A DNA stretch of 64,000 nucleotides from contig CANGHN010000002.1 in NCBI GenBank assembly GCA_947453825.1, positions 48,997-112,996 on the forward strand. The letters run 5' to 3'. Positions 20,375 to 30,623 of this stretch are shown piece after piece. Each line of letters opens with the position of its first letter. Within the stretch, counting starts at the first letter, position 1. The translations under genes and the position numbers were made by a program. A model generated the notes under the pieces. It was not told where the DNA came from. It did no database searches and saw only the letters and a list, made by a program, of their open reading frames with translations. The DNA is from Betaproteobacteria bacterium (GTDB taxonomy: Bacteria; Pseudomonadota; Gammaproteobacteria; Burkholderiales; Burkholderiaceae).

Positions 20375-21127
20375 TTAGTGAGACTGACCACAAACTGAGC
20401 ATTCGCCATTGCGTGAGATTTTGAATTCATCTATTTGGGTAGTGCGTGCATTCCACAGTAGCATACGACCCATTAAAGGCTCACCAAATCCAATTAAAAC
20501 CTGTAATGCCTGCGCCGCTTGCATGGCACCAATAATGCCGACGAGTGGGGAAAAGATTCCCATTGAAGAGCAGCTGACTTCCTCGAATTGTTCATCTGGT
20601 GAGAAGATGCAGGCATAACATGGAGATACTTCATTGCGTGGATCGAATACCGATAGTTGACCATCAAAGCGCAGCGCTGAGCCTGAAACTAATGGGGTTT
20701 GATGTCTTACACAGCTCGCATTAATGAGGTGGCGAGTTGCAAAATTATCCGTGCAATCCAAAACAATATCGACACTTGGTAGTAATTCATCTAGTAGGGA
20801 TGAGCTTGCTTTGGCTTCAATAGCCTCAATTCGAATACCTGTATTGAGGTGCTCTAAGAATACTTTTCCTGAATCTACTTTGCTGCTGCCAAGACTACTT
20901 TCAGTGTGCATGATCTGGCGTTGTAAATTGGTAAGCTCAACTTGGTCATGATCTACCAAGGTAATATGGCCTACGCCTGCAGCTGCCAAGTAGGGCGCAG
21001 CAGCGCTACCTAGGCCACCAGCTCCGATAATAAGGGCATGGGCATTGAGAAGTTTTTCTTGGCCCGCTACATCAATCTCTTCAAGAAGTAGATGTCTTGA
21101 GTAACGAAGTAACTGTTCGTCATTCAT
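20375..21127 (-). CDS. HesA/MoeB/ThiF family adenylyltransferase
   Basis: LRYSRHLLL, IGAGGLG, NLQRQ, DCTDN, CYAC and CSVC zinc ligands. Confidence 0.9.
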   Translation of the reverse strand: MNDEQLLRYSRHLLLEEIDVAGQEKLLNAHALIIGAGGLGSAAAPYLAAAGVGHITLVDHDQVELTNLQRQIMHTESSLGSSKVDSGKVFLEHLNTGIRIEAIEAKASSSLLDELLPSVDIVLDCTDNFATRHLINASCVRHQTPLVSGSALRFDGQLSVFDPRNEVSPCYACIFSPDEQFEEVSCSSMGIFSPLVGIIGAMQAAQALQVLIGFGEPLMGRMLLWNARTTQIDEFKISRNGECSVCGQSH

Positions 21128-21145
21128 ATGCAAGATGACAAGCGA

Positions 21146-22579
21146 TTACTCAAGTTTGGATGAAGAGCGCTTCACTGGTTGACCATTAATAAAGGCCACT
21201 GCTTGAGAGAGCATGAAATCATCAGCGCTGCCAAGTTCAGGAGGCTTTTTATTCTTCTCCTTTTCTTTTTCTTCAGGAGTTTTCTTGGCATTCTTTTCTT
21301 CAATGCGCTGTAACTCTTCAAGGCGACGTTGCTCACGATCTTTGATGAGCTTGTCTTCGGCAGATTGTTTATTACGCAGATGTTTTTCGCTATCAATCTC
21401 GCGAGTGATCAATACATCGTCTGGATCACCATCTTTATTTTGATCAACTGGAATATCGGGTTTTACTCCAAAAGCCTGAATCGATTTGCCACTAGGAGTG
21501 TAGTAATAGGCGGTGGTGATCTTGAGGGCGGAATCATTCGTGAGGGGACGTACGGTTTGTACTGAGCCCTTACCAAAGGTAGTTTTGCCAATAATGGTTG
21601 CGCGCTTGTAGTCTTGCAGGGCGCCAGCAACAATCTCAGAGGCAGATGCTGAGTAAGCATTGACTAAGACAACCATCGGCAGTTTTTTGAAGATTGCTGG
21701 TACGCCGGCTAAAGGATCGCCGGGCTCATTTAAACGGTACATCGCTGGTGTGGCATTAAACACTTGTTTAGAGTCTGGCGCCTGGCCTTTAGTAGAAACA
21801 ATCACTGCATCAGCCGGCAAGAAGGCTGCTGCTACACCAACAGCACCTTGTAATAGACCGCCGCCATTGTTTCGCAGATCCAGAATGATGCCTTTGAATT
21901 TGGGATCTTGATTGGCGATATCGGTTAATTTTTTCGCTAAATCGGGAACAGTACGTTCTTGAAAGCTGGTGACGCGAACCCAAGCGATATCGTTGTCCAA
22001 AATTTTAGTCTTGACGGACTGCACTTTAATTTCTGCGCGAGTAATCGTGACCGGAAAACTGCGCTCTTCGCTCTTACGAAATACAGTAAGCGTAATTTTA
22101 GTACCAGGAGTACCACGCATAGTCCGTACCGCTTTATCCAGAGACATGCCACGAACAGGCTTGTCATCTAAGCGGGTAATCAAATCACCGGCTTGTAAGC
22201 CTGCACGCGCTGCTGGGCTATCTTCGATGGGGTTGAGAACTTTGACGACGCCATCTTCAGAGGTAATTTCTATTCCAAGTCCTGCAAATTTTCCAGAAGT
22301 TTGCTCCTGCATCTCTGAAAAATCTTTTTTATCTAAGAACGTAGAGTGCGGATCAAGACTACTCACCATGCCTTTGACAGCATCAGTTAGTAATTGTTTG
22401 TCTTCAATTGGCTCAACGTATTCACGTTTGATTTGTGCAAACACATTCGAAAGTGTGCGCAGTTCATCAAGCGGTAACTGAGCATTTTGTTGGGCGGTAG
22501 CCGATAGCTGAATAGTGGCTGCAACCCCAGCAATGAGGCCCACAGCAATCAGGGCAAAGTTTTTGAGAAATTGGCGCAT
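21146..22579 (-). CDS. ctpA: S41 carboxy-terminal processing protease (PDZ)
   Basis: LDPHS, GLGIEI, DLRNNGGGLL, SASASEIVAGALQD, TFGKGSVQ; start ATG 22579. Confidence 0.93.
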   Translation of the reverse strand: MRQFLKNFALIAVGLIAGVAATIQLSATAQQNAQLPLDELRTLSNVFAQIKREYVEPIEDKQLLTDAVKGMVSSLDPHSTFLDKKDFSEMQEQTSGKFAGLGIEITSEDGVVKVLNPIEDSPAARAGLQAGDLITRLDDKPVRGMSLDKAVRTMRGTPGTKITLTVFRKSEERSFPVTITRAEIKVQSVKTKILDNDIAWVRVTSFQERTVPDLAKKLTDIANQDPKFKGIILDLRNNGGGLLQGAVGVAAAFLPADAVIVSTKGQAPDSKQVFNATPAMYRLNEPGDPLAGVPAIFKKLPMVVLVNAYSASASEIVAGALQDYKRATIIGKTTFGKGSVQTVRPLTNDSALKITTAYYYTPSGKSIQAFGVKPDIPVDQNKDGDPDDVLITREIDSEKHLRNKQSAEDKLIKDREQRRLEELQRIEEKNAKKTPEEKEKEKNKKPPELGSADDFMLSQAVAFINGQPVKRSSSKLE

Positions 22580-22592
22580 ACTTCTTTTTACC

Positions 22593-23282
22593 CTAGTCCA
22601 AGTAGAAATGTTGAATTGGTTTGAGATCATCGTCTAACTCATAAACGAGCGGTACACCATTAGGAACATTGACTTCCATAATGGATTCGTCAGACATTTG
22701 ATCCAAATATTTAATGAGCGAGCGGATGCTATTGCCGTGTGCTACTAATAGTACGCGCTTACCAGCTTTGAGTGCGGGAGCAATCGATTCATTCCACAAA
22801 GGCAGTACACGCTCGACATTATCTTTAAGGCATTCGCCGAGCGGAATTTGCGTAGGACTTAATTTTGAATAACGACTGTCATTTTTTGGATGGCGCTCAT
22901 CACCTAGTTCAAGTAATGGTGGGCGCACATCATAAGAGCGACGCCAAATATGTACTTGTTCGTCACCATACTTGGCGGCAGTTTCTGCTTTATTGAGGCC
23001 GGTTAATGCTCCGTAATGGCGCTCATTTAATCGCCAACTATGGACCACTGGAATCCACATTAAATCCATAGCATCTTGCACGTGCCAAAGAGTGCGAATG
23101 GCGCGTCTCAAAACAGAGGTATAGGCCAAATCAAACTCATAACCCGCTTTACGTAGGTTTTCACCAGCGGCTAGGGCTTGTTCTACCCCTTTAGGGGTTA
23201 AGTCAACGTCCGCCCAGCCAGTGAAGCGGTTTTCAAGGTTCCAGGCAGATTCGCCATGGCGAATAAGGACAAGTTGTTTCAT
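22593..23282 (-). CDS. gpmA: 2,3-BPG-dependent phosphoglycerate mutase
   Basis: [27 protein letters not shown]. Confidence 0.96.
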   Translation of the reverse strand: MKQLVLIRHGESAWNLENRFTGWADVDLTPKGVEQALAAGENLRKAGYEFDLAYTSVLRRAIRTLWHVQDAMDLMWIPVVHSWRLNERHYGALTGLNKAETAAKYGDEQVHIWRRSYDVRPPLLELGDERHPKNDSRYSKLSPTQIPLGECLKDNVERVLPLWNESIAPALKAGKRVLLVAHGNSIRSLIKYLDQMSDESIMEVNVPNGVPLVYELDDDLKPIQHFYLD

Positions 23283-23288
23283 AGAGCC

Positions 23289-23298
23289 ATTCTATAAT
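23289..23298. promoter_or_regulatory. Overlapping divergent -10 elements (TAGAAT minus, TATAAT plus)
   Basis: Each hexamer is exactly 6 nt from its ATG (23282 minus, 23305 plus) in a 22-bp spacer. Confidence 0.75.
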
Positions 23299-23304
23299 CC
23301 GGTG

Positions 23305-23718
23305 ATGAACTTTCTCACGCAAATTGATAATTTAGCGCTTATCGCCCTCTTGTGCGTTTCGGGCGCAGCACTTTTCTTACCCTCATTATCTACGCTTATT
23401 GGCGGAAAAGGCTTATCGCCTACTGAAGCCACTATCTGGATTAATCGTCGCAAAGCCCATGTTTTGGATTTGCGCCCCGAAGAGGCATTCAAGGCCGGCC
23501 ATTTACCTGGGGCTAAATTAGGCAATGCTACTGGTTTGACCGCTGCTATTGAGAAGCTAAAGCTTGATCGCAAGCATCCGCTTGTCTTGGTATGTGAGAC
23601 TGGCTCACAGTCACGCAAGGCGCTTGCCGAGGTACAAAAACTGGGTTTTGCAGAGGTGGGTGTTTTAGACGGCGGTGTAGTAGCTTGGAAAGCAGCCGCC
23701 CTTCCATTGGTTAAATAA
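23305..23718 (+). CDS. Rhodanese-like membrane protein (YibN-like)
   Basis: N-terminal TM, LDLRPEEAFKAGHLPGA, VCETGSQS, LDGGVVAW; precedes grxC-secB-gpsA. Confidence 0.87.
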   Translation: MNFLTQIDNLALIALLCVSGAALFLPSLSTLIGGKGLSPTEATIWINRRKAHVLDLRPEEAFKAGHLPGAKLGNATGLTAAIEKLKLDRKHPLVLVCETGSQSRKALAEVQKLGFAEVGVLDGGVVAWKAAALPLVK

Positions 23719-23726
23719 GAGAACTT

Positions 23727-23981
23727 ATGCCTTCAGTAATGATGTACAGCACTCAGGTTTGCCCATATTGCGTAATGGCTGAAAAGCTCTTGCTCAAAAA
23801 AGGCGTAGCAAATCTTGAAAAAGTATTGATTGATCGTGATCCCTCACAACGCGAAATCATGATGACGCGTACTGGTCGTCGTACAGTCCCACAAATTTAT
23901 ATCGGCGATACCCATGTTGGTGGGTATGATGACTTGGTGGCTTTAGATCGCGCTGGTAAGTTAGATCCTTTATTAGTTTGA
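23727..23981 (+). CDS. grxC: Glutaredoxin 3
   Basis: CPYC, TVPQIYI, VGGYDDL. Confidence 0.95.
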   Translation: MPSVMMYSTQVCPYCVMAEKLLLKKGVANLEKVLIDRDPSQREIMMTRTGRRTVPQIYIGDTHVGGYDDLVALDRAGKLDPLLV

Positions 23982-24009
23982 TGAAGTAAATATTGAAAGA
24001 ACATTTGCA

Positions 24010-24531
24010 ATGACTGAACAATCTTCTGCTCCTTCAGCACAGGCTGAAAACTCAACAGAACCTGGATTTCGTATTCAGCGAATTTATTTAAAAGATTTGT
24101 CACTAGAGCAGCCCAATGCACCAGAAATTTTATTGGTTGCATCCGATCCTCAAGTGCAGGTAGAGATCGATATTTCAGTTGCACCTTTGAGTGAAGGTAT
24201 TTTTGAAGTTGCCTTGATTTCTACCGTTACCGCAAAAGTAGAATCAAAAGTATTGTTCTTGGTTGAAGCTAAGCAAGCTGGCATTTTTGAATTTAGCAAC
24301 ATTCCGCCTGAGCAAATGGATCCAATGTTAGGAATTGCTTGCCCAACCATTTTGTATCCTTACCTGCGCTCCCATGTTGCCGACATCATTAGTCGTGGCG
24401 GTTTCCAGCCGATTCATTTAAATGAGATTAATTTCCACGCGATGTATGAGCATAGACTCATGCAGGCACAACAAGTGGCTGCTAGCCAGGACGGTGCAGG
24501 AGATGAAAGCAAAATTATTCTCCCCCATTAA
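24010..24531 (+). CDS. secB: Protein-export chaperone SecB
   Basis: [32 protein letters not shown]. Confidence 0.95.
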   Translation: MTEQSSAPSAQAENSTEPGFRIQRIYLKDLSLEQPNAPEILLVASDPQVQVEIDISVAPLSEGIFEVALISTVTAKVESKVLFLVEAKQAGIFEFSNIPPEQMDPMLGIACPTILYPYLRSHVADIISRGGFQPIHLNEINFHAMYEHRLMQAQQVAASQDGAGDESKIILPH

Positions 24532-24553
24532 TTAAGTTACGAGCCCACACATC

Positions 24554-25576
24554 ATGAAAGTGACACTGCTTGGTGCTGGTGCTTGGGGAACGGCGATGGC
24601 CGCTCAAGCGGCTCGCTACCTTGAGGGTAGTGATGTTTGTTTATGGTCGCGCAGTCAACAGCAATTATTAGAAATTCAGAAGGGTGGCGAGAATTCTATT
24701 TACTTACCAGGCATTAAATTGCCTAAGACCCTCCAGTATGAAAGTGACTTCACTCGTGCAGTAAAGAGACTCTCTGCAAAAGATTTGCTGGTGATTGCCA
24801 CACCAATGTCAGGCTTGTCCGAAACCATTGCGCAGGTATTAAAAATCGCTGAGCAGCCACTGAATATTATTTGGTTATGTAAAGGCTTGGAGCCTGCAAC
24901 AGCTCTATTGCCGCATCAAGTTGTTGAGCGTGAGGATCGACTTCACAGTCGTGGCCTGCAGCATGCCTATGGCGCTTTGTCTGGCCCAAGTTTTGCTCAC
25001 GAAGTGGGTGCAGGTATGCCTTGCGCATTAACCATTGCAAGTACATCCACCAATCTATGCGAGATTGTCCAGGCCGCCTTTCATCATGGCAATATGCGTG
25101 TTTACTCCAGCGATGACTTAATTGGAGTTGAGTTAGGTGGCGCTGTCAAAAATGTTTTAGCGATTGCTGCAGGTATTGGCGATGGACTCAATCTTGGTTT
25201 AAATGCGCGCGCTGCGGTACTGACGCGTGGCCTGGCTGAGATGATGCGTTTAGTGAAAGCTGCTGGCGGTAGATCAGAGACTTGTATGGGCTTGACGGGT
25301 GCCGGTGACTTGATTTTGACGGCCACTGGAGATCTTTCTCGCAATCGACGCGTTGGTCTTGAGCTTGCTAGCGGTAGGTCCTTAAGGGAAATCCTAGCAG
25401 GATTAGGTCATGTTGCCGAGGGAGTGCTTTGTGCAGCAGCAGTGGCGGATCTCGCAAAACGTTTAAAAGTCGAAATGCCGATTACTGCAATGATGGGTGA
25501 AGTACTTTCTGGAAGGTTAGACCCAAAAGAGGCAGTGAAAAAACTGATGGGCCGAGATCCAAAAATAGAAGCTTAG
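24554..25576 (+). CDS. gpsA: NAD(P)H-dependent glycerol-3-phosphate dehydrogenase
   Basis: GAGAWGTA, LSGPSFA, GGAVKNVLAIAAG, GDLILT, SRN. Confidence 0.95.
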   Translation: MKVTLLGAGAWGTAMAAQAARYLEGSDVCLWSRSQQQLLEIQKGGENSIYLPGIKLPKTLQYESDFTRAVKRLSAKDLLVIATPMSGLSETIAQVLKIAEQPLNIIWLCKGLEPATALLPHQVVEREDRLHSRGLQHAYGALSGPSFAHEVGAGMPCALTIASTSTNLCEIVQAAFHHGNMRVYSSDDLIGVELGGAVKNVLAIAAGIGDGLNLGLNARAAVLTRGLAEMMRLVKAAGGRSETCMGLTGAGDLILTATGDLSRNRRVGLELASGRSLREILAGLGHVAEGVLCAAAVADLAKRLKVEMPITAMMGEVLSGRLDPKEAVKKLMGRDPKIEA

Positions 25577-25591
25577 GGTTTATTGGCGCTT

Positions 25592-26062
25592 CTACTTGCC
25601 GCCGGCAAGACCGTTCTGGCGCCATGCTTCATAAACCACAATAGCTACTGTGTTCGATAAGTTCAAACTGCGACTACTGTCTTGCATCGCTAAGCGCATT
25701 TGATTGCCGACAGGAATCGAGCTTCGTACTTCATCGGTAATGCCTTTCGTTTCAGAACCAAATACGAAGTAATCATGGGGGACATATTGACCATCATGAA
25801 ACTTGCCCGAACCTTTTGTGGTTAAGGCAAACAAATGCTGAGGGTCAGGTTGCTCATCTTTTAAAAATTGCGCCCAATTGGCATGCACTTTCACTTTGGC
25901 AAATTCGTGATAGTCAAGTCCAGCTCTGCGTAACTTAGCATCTTCCATGGGAAACCCTAGCGGCTCAATCAGGTGTAACTTTGCGCCCGTGTTTGCGCAG
26001 AGACGAATAATGTTGCCAGTATTTGGTGGAATTTCTGGTTCGAATAAAACAATATTAAACAT
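25592..26062 (-). CDS. trmL: tRNA (C34/U34)-2'-O-methyltransferase
   Basis: PEIPPNTGNIIRLC, RRAGLDY, FGSETKG, RSLNLSN. Confidence 0.95.
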   Translation of the reverse strand: MFNIVLFEPEIPPNTGNIIRLCANTGAKLHLIEPLGFPMEDAKLRRAGLDYHEFAKVKVHANWAQFLKDEQPDPQHLFALTTKGSGKFHDGQYVPHDYFVFGSETKGITDEVRSSIPVGNQMRLAMQDSSRSLNLSNTVAIVVYEAWRQNGLAGGK

Positions 26063-26801
26063 GTGCTGTTTTTGCCGTTCTTAGTAAAACCCAGTTGATC
26101 ACTCGTGATACGCCATTGTCCTTCAGAATGCGGGCAATTTCATTCAGAGTAGCGCCACTGGTCATTACATCATCAAAAATAATCACGTTTTGATTCTGCA
26201 GAAGTTCAATATAGTTCTTATCTACATAAAACATCCCTTGAATAGCGGCACGTCGACTTGATAACCTACCTCCTGCCTGGGAAGATTCATAATGATTTCG
26301 CTGCAGGGCATGAGACAGTTTTTTAATATAGGCACATTCAATACGTCTGGCAATTTCCCAGCTTTGATTAAAACCCCGCAGCGCTAATTTTTGAGTGCTG
26401 AGCGGAACTGGCATGAGATACACCGAATGGTTTACATCAAGTTGTGAGGCCATGATGTGATTCCAAACAGTAGCAAGGCCATGCGCGTAGGCAAGTCGCT
26501 TTTGATACTTCAGTTGATGTAAGGCATTTTGTAAGACACCTTCGTAACGATCAAGACAATGAGTCTCATCGAAATAGGGTGGATTTGATACGCATTGGGT
26601 GCATATTCTTTGTGCTACTTCTGTTGCCTCAAGGCTAATTCCGCACTGGTGGCAGCATTCGTAGTTGATTAAACAAGTGGCGTGGCATGACTCTAGGCAG
26701 CCAGTACAAATGAGTGCTAGTTGATGGCGTTCACAGACAATGCATGCAGTTGGTAAAACTTGTCTACTTAGGGATAGAAAGAATCTCTCTAGAAATCGCA
26801 T
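26055..26801 (-). CDS. comF: ComF family protein (double zinc ribbon plus PRTase fold)
   Basis: Four CxxC pairs, PVPLS..RGFNQS, IFDDVMTSGATL. Confidence 0.88.
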   Translation of the reverse strand: MRFLERFFLSLSRQVLPTACIVCERHQLALICTGCLESCHATCLINYECCHQCGISLEATEVAQRICTQCVSNPPYFDETHCLDRYEGVLQNALHQLKYQKRLAYAHGLATVWNHIMASQLDVNHSVYLMPVPLSTQKLALRGFNQSWEIARRIECAYIKKLSHALQRNHYESSQAGGRLSSRRAAIQGMFYVDKNYIELLQNQNVIIFDDVMTSGATLNEIARILKDNGVSRVINWVLLRTAKTAHV

Positions 26802-26807
26802 GGGGCG

Positions 26808-26821
26808 CTGAGTATACTCAG
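26808..26821. promoter_or_regulatory. Palindromic bidirectional -10 (CTGAGTATACTCAG)
   Basis: Perfect 14-bp palindrome giving TATACT on both strands; 6 nt to ATG 26825 and 9 nt to ATG 26801. Confidence 0.65.
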
Positions 26822-26824
26822 TCT

Positions 26825-27613
26825 ATGACCCAACCAATTAGATGGTTACAAGACGAAATTGCAGATCGTATGCTGCAAAAACTTGATATCGTCAAACTCG
26901 ATGTCAAAGATATTTTGATTGCGCCTGATTTTCCTGGAAAGCATTTAGCTTCTTTTGCAAAACGCTTTCCTAAGGCGTGCATTCATAGTCTTGTAGAAGA
27001 TGATGTATCGCACTTTGAATTGTTGCGCTCTAAAGTACTGGCTCATTGGCGCGCTGTATTACAGCCTGGCAAAACAAGCGCTCTAGTAGCTTATGGTGCA
27101 AGTGAAAAATTAAATCTTCCTGATAATTCTGTAGATCTGGTATTTAGCAATTTGCTATTACAGGACTTACCCGATCCTCGACTCTTTTTGCAGGAGTGTC
27201 ATCGCGTACTGAGAGAAGGGGGGCTGGTGAGCTTTAGTTATCTTGGCCCAGATACAGGCAAGGAATTGCGCACTTTAGAGTCTGGTGTAGTGCGTATGCA
27301 GAATTTATTAAGCCCTTGGGATATGCACGACATGGGAGATGCTTTACTAGCCGAGCGTTTTTCCGATCCAGTAATGGATATGGAATATTTGACCTTGGAA
27401 TATGAGCAAGCCAATCTTTTATTGGCCGATTGTGATGCCCTGGGATTGATTCAAAAACCCCTTTCTGAAGTCGCTAAGGAAGATATTTTTCCTAAAAAGC
27501 TAACTCTAGAAGTGGTTTATGGGCACGCTTGGGTAATCGGAAAACACCTTTCAAAAAATCAAGACAAGCTCGCTTTCATTAGCCCAAATCAAATTGGACG
27601 CAATACTAGGTAA
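26825..27613 (+). CDS. BioC/NDUFAF5-like methyltransferase-fold protein
   Basis: EIADRMLQKL, LPDNSVDLVFSNL, RVLREGG, DMHDMGDAL..FSDPVMDME, LEVVYGHAW; SAM motif I degenerate. Confidence 0.8.
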   Translation: MTQPIRWLQDEIADRMLQKLDIVKLDVKDILIAPDFPGKHLASFAKRFPKACIHSLVEDDVSHFELLRSKVLAHWRAVLQPGKTSALVAYGASEKLNLPDNSVDLVFSNLLLQDLPDPRLFLQECHRVLREGGLVSFSYLGPDTGKELRTLESGVVRMQNLLSPWDMHDMGDALLAERFSDPVMDMEYLTLEYEQANLLLADCDALGLIQKPLSEVAKEDIFPKKLTLEVVYGHAWVIGKHLSKNQDKLAFISPNQIGRNTR

Positions 27614-27687
27614 GATTCTGCTTAAGTGTGAGTGCTTACTATCATTAAAAGGTACGTCAAGATTGGATCAAGCTGAGCTGGCTGGGT

Positions 27688-27716
27688 TTGTTTTCGAGCC
27701 TAATTAACCCTATAAT
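27688..27716 (+). promoter_or_regulatory. Putative sigma-70 promoter of the cox operon
   Basis: TTGTTT-N17-TATAAT, 89 nt upstream of coxB ATG. Confidence 0.55.
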
Positions 27717-27805
27717 CACGGCTGGTTGTATTGGCTTTAGACCGCTTTTTGGGCATTCTGTGGTGTTTTTAGCCACTTCGCTCGCGACAATAAACAGAGA
27801 ATAAG

Positions 27806-28963
27806 ATGAATTTATTTGGAAAAGTCACTAGGGCTTCGCTATCTTTAATAGCGGCCTTCGGCGCTGCTTTTGCACAGGCAGCTGAAAATATGCCAGGAGG
27901 GCCAGCTGTTTATCAGCTGAATTTCACTGCTCCTGCAACCAAAATCATGCAAGAGATCCACTGGCTCCATTGGATGATGTTGGTAATTTGTGCACTGATT
28001 TTTGTTGGTGTTTTTGGAGTAATGTTCTATTCCATTTTGAAGCACCGTAAATCCTTAGGCCACAAATCGGCATCTTTTCATGAAAGCACCACTGTTGAAA
28101 TTATTTGGACAGTGATCCCTCTTTTGATTGTGATCGGCATGGCATTGCCAGCAACTAAAACTGTTGTAGCGATGAAAGATACAACCAATTCAGACATCAC
28201 AATTAAAACCACCGGCTATCAGTGGAAATGGGGTTATGACTACATCAAGGGCGAAGGCGAAGGCATTAATTTCTTGTCTACCTTAGCCACTTCCCGTGAA
28301 GCCATTAATAACCTTGCGCCTAAATCAAATACGTATTTGATGGAAGTCGACAACGAAATGGTTGTACCAGTGGGTAAAAAGATTCGTTTAATTACCACTG
28401 CAAATGACGTAATTCATGCTTGGACTATTCCCGCATTTGGCGTGAAGCAAGATGCGATCCCAGGATTCGTGCGCGATACCTGGTTTAAGGCTGAAACCAT
28501 TGGCACCTACCGTGGTCAGTGTTCCGAGTTGTGTGGTGCTGAGCATGCTTTCATGCCGATTGTTGTGAAAGTAGTTTCACAAGAAGATTATTCAGCTTGG
28601 GTTGTACAGAAGAAAAAAGAAATGGGCGCTGGTGGTGATGATCCTACAAAGGTCTACACCATGGATGAGCAAAAAGAGCGTGGTGCAAAAGTGTATGCAG
28701 CAAACTGTGCTGCTTGCCATCAGCCAAACGGCAAAGGTGCCGGCGCATTCCCAGCACTTGACGGCAGTAAAGTGGTAAATGGCCCTAAAGCAGGCCAGTA
28801 CAACATTTTGCTAAACGGTAAAAATGCAATGCCAAAATGGGCCGGCGTGCTTTCTGATGGCGATATCGCTGCAGTGATCACCTATACCCGCAACTCATGG
28901 GGTAATAAGACGGGTGAAGTAATTCAGACCCAAGAAATTATTACCGCACGTGGCGGCAAGTAA
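27806..28963 (+). CDS. coxB: Cytochrome c oxidase subunit II with C-terminal cytochrome c domain
   Basis: YQWKWGY, DVIHAW, CuA motif CSELCGAEHAFM, heme motif CAACH. Confidence 0.96.
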   Translation: MNLFGKVTRASLSLIAAFGAAFAQAAENMPGGPAVYQLNFTAPATKIMQEIHWLHWMMLVICALIFVGVFGVMFYSILKHRKSLGHKSASFHESTTVEIIWTVIPLLIVIGMALPATKTVVAMKDTTNSDITIKTTGYQWKWGYDYIKGEGEGINFLSTLATSREAINNLAPKSNTYLMEVDNEMVVPVGKKIRLITTANDVIHAWTIPAFGVKQDAIPGFVRDTWFKAETIGTYRGQCSELCGAEHAFMPIVVKVVSQEDYSAWVVQKKKEMGAGGDDPTKVYTMDEQKERGAKVYAANCAACHQPNGKGAGAFPALDGSKVVNGPKAGQYNILLNGKNAMPKWAGVLSDGDIAAVITYTRNSWGNKTGEVIQTQEIITARGGK

Positions 28964-29003
28964 ACCATTCATCAATACAGATAAAACGAAACCGGAGTAA
29001 TTC

Positions 29004-30623
29004 ATGAGCACAGTCTCTACTACCCACGATCACGCACACGATCACGCGCATGATGATCACACGCCACATGGTTGGCGTCGTTGGTTGTTCGCAACCAACC
29101 ACAAAGACATCGGCACGATGTACCTGATCTTCTCGTTTGTTAGCTTATTAGCTGGCGGCGTGATGGCCTTGGGAATTCGTTTGGAACTATTCCAACCAGG
29201 TTTGCAATTTTTCCGTCCTGAGTTTTTCAATCAGTTAACTACTATGCACGGTTTGGTCATGGTGTTCGGTGCGATCATGCCGGCCTTCGTTGGTTTTGCT
29301 AACTGGATGGTGCCCTTGCAAATCGGTGCATCTGATATGGCATTTGCTCGTATGAATAACTTTAGCTTCTGGATCCTGCCAGTAGCTGCAACCTTGTTGT
29401 TAAGTTCCTTCTTGGTTCCTGGCGGTGCACCAGCAGGTGGTTGGACTATCTATGCACCTTTGACCTCACAAATGGGGCCTGGTATGGATATGGCTATTTT
29501 TGCACTCCATTTATTGGGCGCCTCTTCCATCATGGGCTCTATCAATATCGTTGTGACCATTTTGAATATGCGCGCTCCTGGTTTGACCTTGATGAAGATG
29601 CCGATGTTCTGCTGGACATGGTTGATCACTGCTTATTTGTTGATTGCTGTGATGCCTGTATTGGCCGGTGCAATTACTATGGTGTTGACTGATCGTCACT
29701 TTGGTACTTCTTTCTTCTCCGCTGTTGGTGGTGGTGACCCAGTGATGTTCCAGCATATTTTCTGGTTCTTTGGTCATCCAGAGGTATACATCATGATTCT
29801 GCCCGCATTCGGAATCGTGAGTGAAATCGTTCCTGCTTTCTCCAGAAAGACTTTGTTTGGTTACAGCTCCATGGTGTATGCAACATCGTCTATTGCGATC
29901 TTGTCATTCATCGTTTGGGCCCACCACATGTTTGCAACTGGTATGCCAGTCACTGGTCAACTGTTCTTCATGTATGCAACGATGTTGATTGCTGTTCCAA
30001 CAGGCGTGAAGATTTTTAACTGGGTAGCAACAATGTGGAAAGGGTCTATGACCTTTGAAACTCCAATGTTGTGGGCTATTGGTTTCATCTTCGTCTTTAC
30101 GATGGGCGGCTTTACTGGCTTGATCCTCGCAATGGCTCCGATTGATATTGGTCTGCAAGATACTTACTACGTTGTAGCGCACTTCCACTATGTGTTGGTA
30201 GCGGGTTCGTTGTTTGCAATGTTTGCTGGTTTCTATTACTGGTGTCCAAAGTGGACTGGTTATATGGCCAGTGAGACTCGTGGCAAGATCCACTTCTGGG
30301 CTTCCATGATTTTCTTCAACTTAACCTTCTTCCCAATGCACTTCTTAGGTCTTGCGGGTATGCCACGTCGTTATGCAGATTACCCAACTCAGTTTGCTGA
30401 CTTTAATTCCATTGCATCAATTGGAGCGCTCGGTTTTGGTTTGGCGCAGGTGTACTTCTTGTTCTGCGTTGCATTGCCTGCTTATCGCGGTTATGGTGAG
30501 AAGGCTCCAGCAAAACCTTGGGATGGCGCTAAAGGTTTAGAGTGGACTGTGCCTTCGCCAGCCCCACACCATACCTTTGAAACACCCCCTAGCGCAGAGC
30601 AGTTACGTGAAGCAGGAATTTAA
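29004..30623 (+). CDS. ctaD: Cytochrome c oxidase subunit I (A1 type)
   Basis: [33 protein letters not shown]. Confidence 0.98.
   Translation: MSTVSTTHDHAHDHAHDDHTPHGWRRWLFATNHKDIGTMYLIFSFVSLLAGGVMALGIRLELFQPGLQFFRPEFFNQLTTMHGLVMVFGAIMPAFVGFANWMVPLQIGASDMAFARMNNFSFWILPVAATLLLSSFLVPGGAPAGGWTIYAPLTSQMGPGMDMAIFALHLLGASSIMGSINIVVTILNMRAPGLTLMKMPMFCWTWLITAYLLIAVMPVLAGAITMVLTDRHFGTSFFSAVGGGDPVMFQHIFWFFGHPEVYIMILPAFGIVSEIVPAFSRKTLFGYSSMVYATSSIAILSFIVWAHHMFATGMPVTGQLFFMYATMLIAVPTGVKIFNWVATMWKGSMTFETPMLWAIGFIFVFTMGGFTGLILAMAPIDIGLQDTYYVVAHFHYVLVAGSLFAMFAGFYYWCPKWTGYMASETRGKIHFWASMIFFNLTFFPMHFLGLAGMPRRYADYPTQFADFNSIASIGALGFGLAQVYFLFCVALPAYRGYGEKAPAKPWDGAKGLEWTVPSPAPHHTFETPPSAEQLREAGI

Noticed and set aside
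21969-22481. 170-aa ORF antisense to ctpA, and the many other short nested or antisense ORFs in the track
   Set aside because: Shadow frames of well-supported genes, with no motifs or initiation signals
23221-23304. Upstream extensions of the rhodanese ORF (also BioC-like 26714, ispE 46369, ctpA 22630, cyoE 35235)
   Set aside because: They overlap neighbouring genes; downstream ATGs fit homology and promoter geometry
27657-27672. FNR box or direct repeat (TCAAG twice) upstream of the cox promoter
   Set aside because: Only one ATCAA half-site; a 5-bp repeat is too short to support
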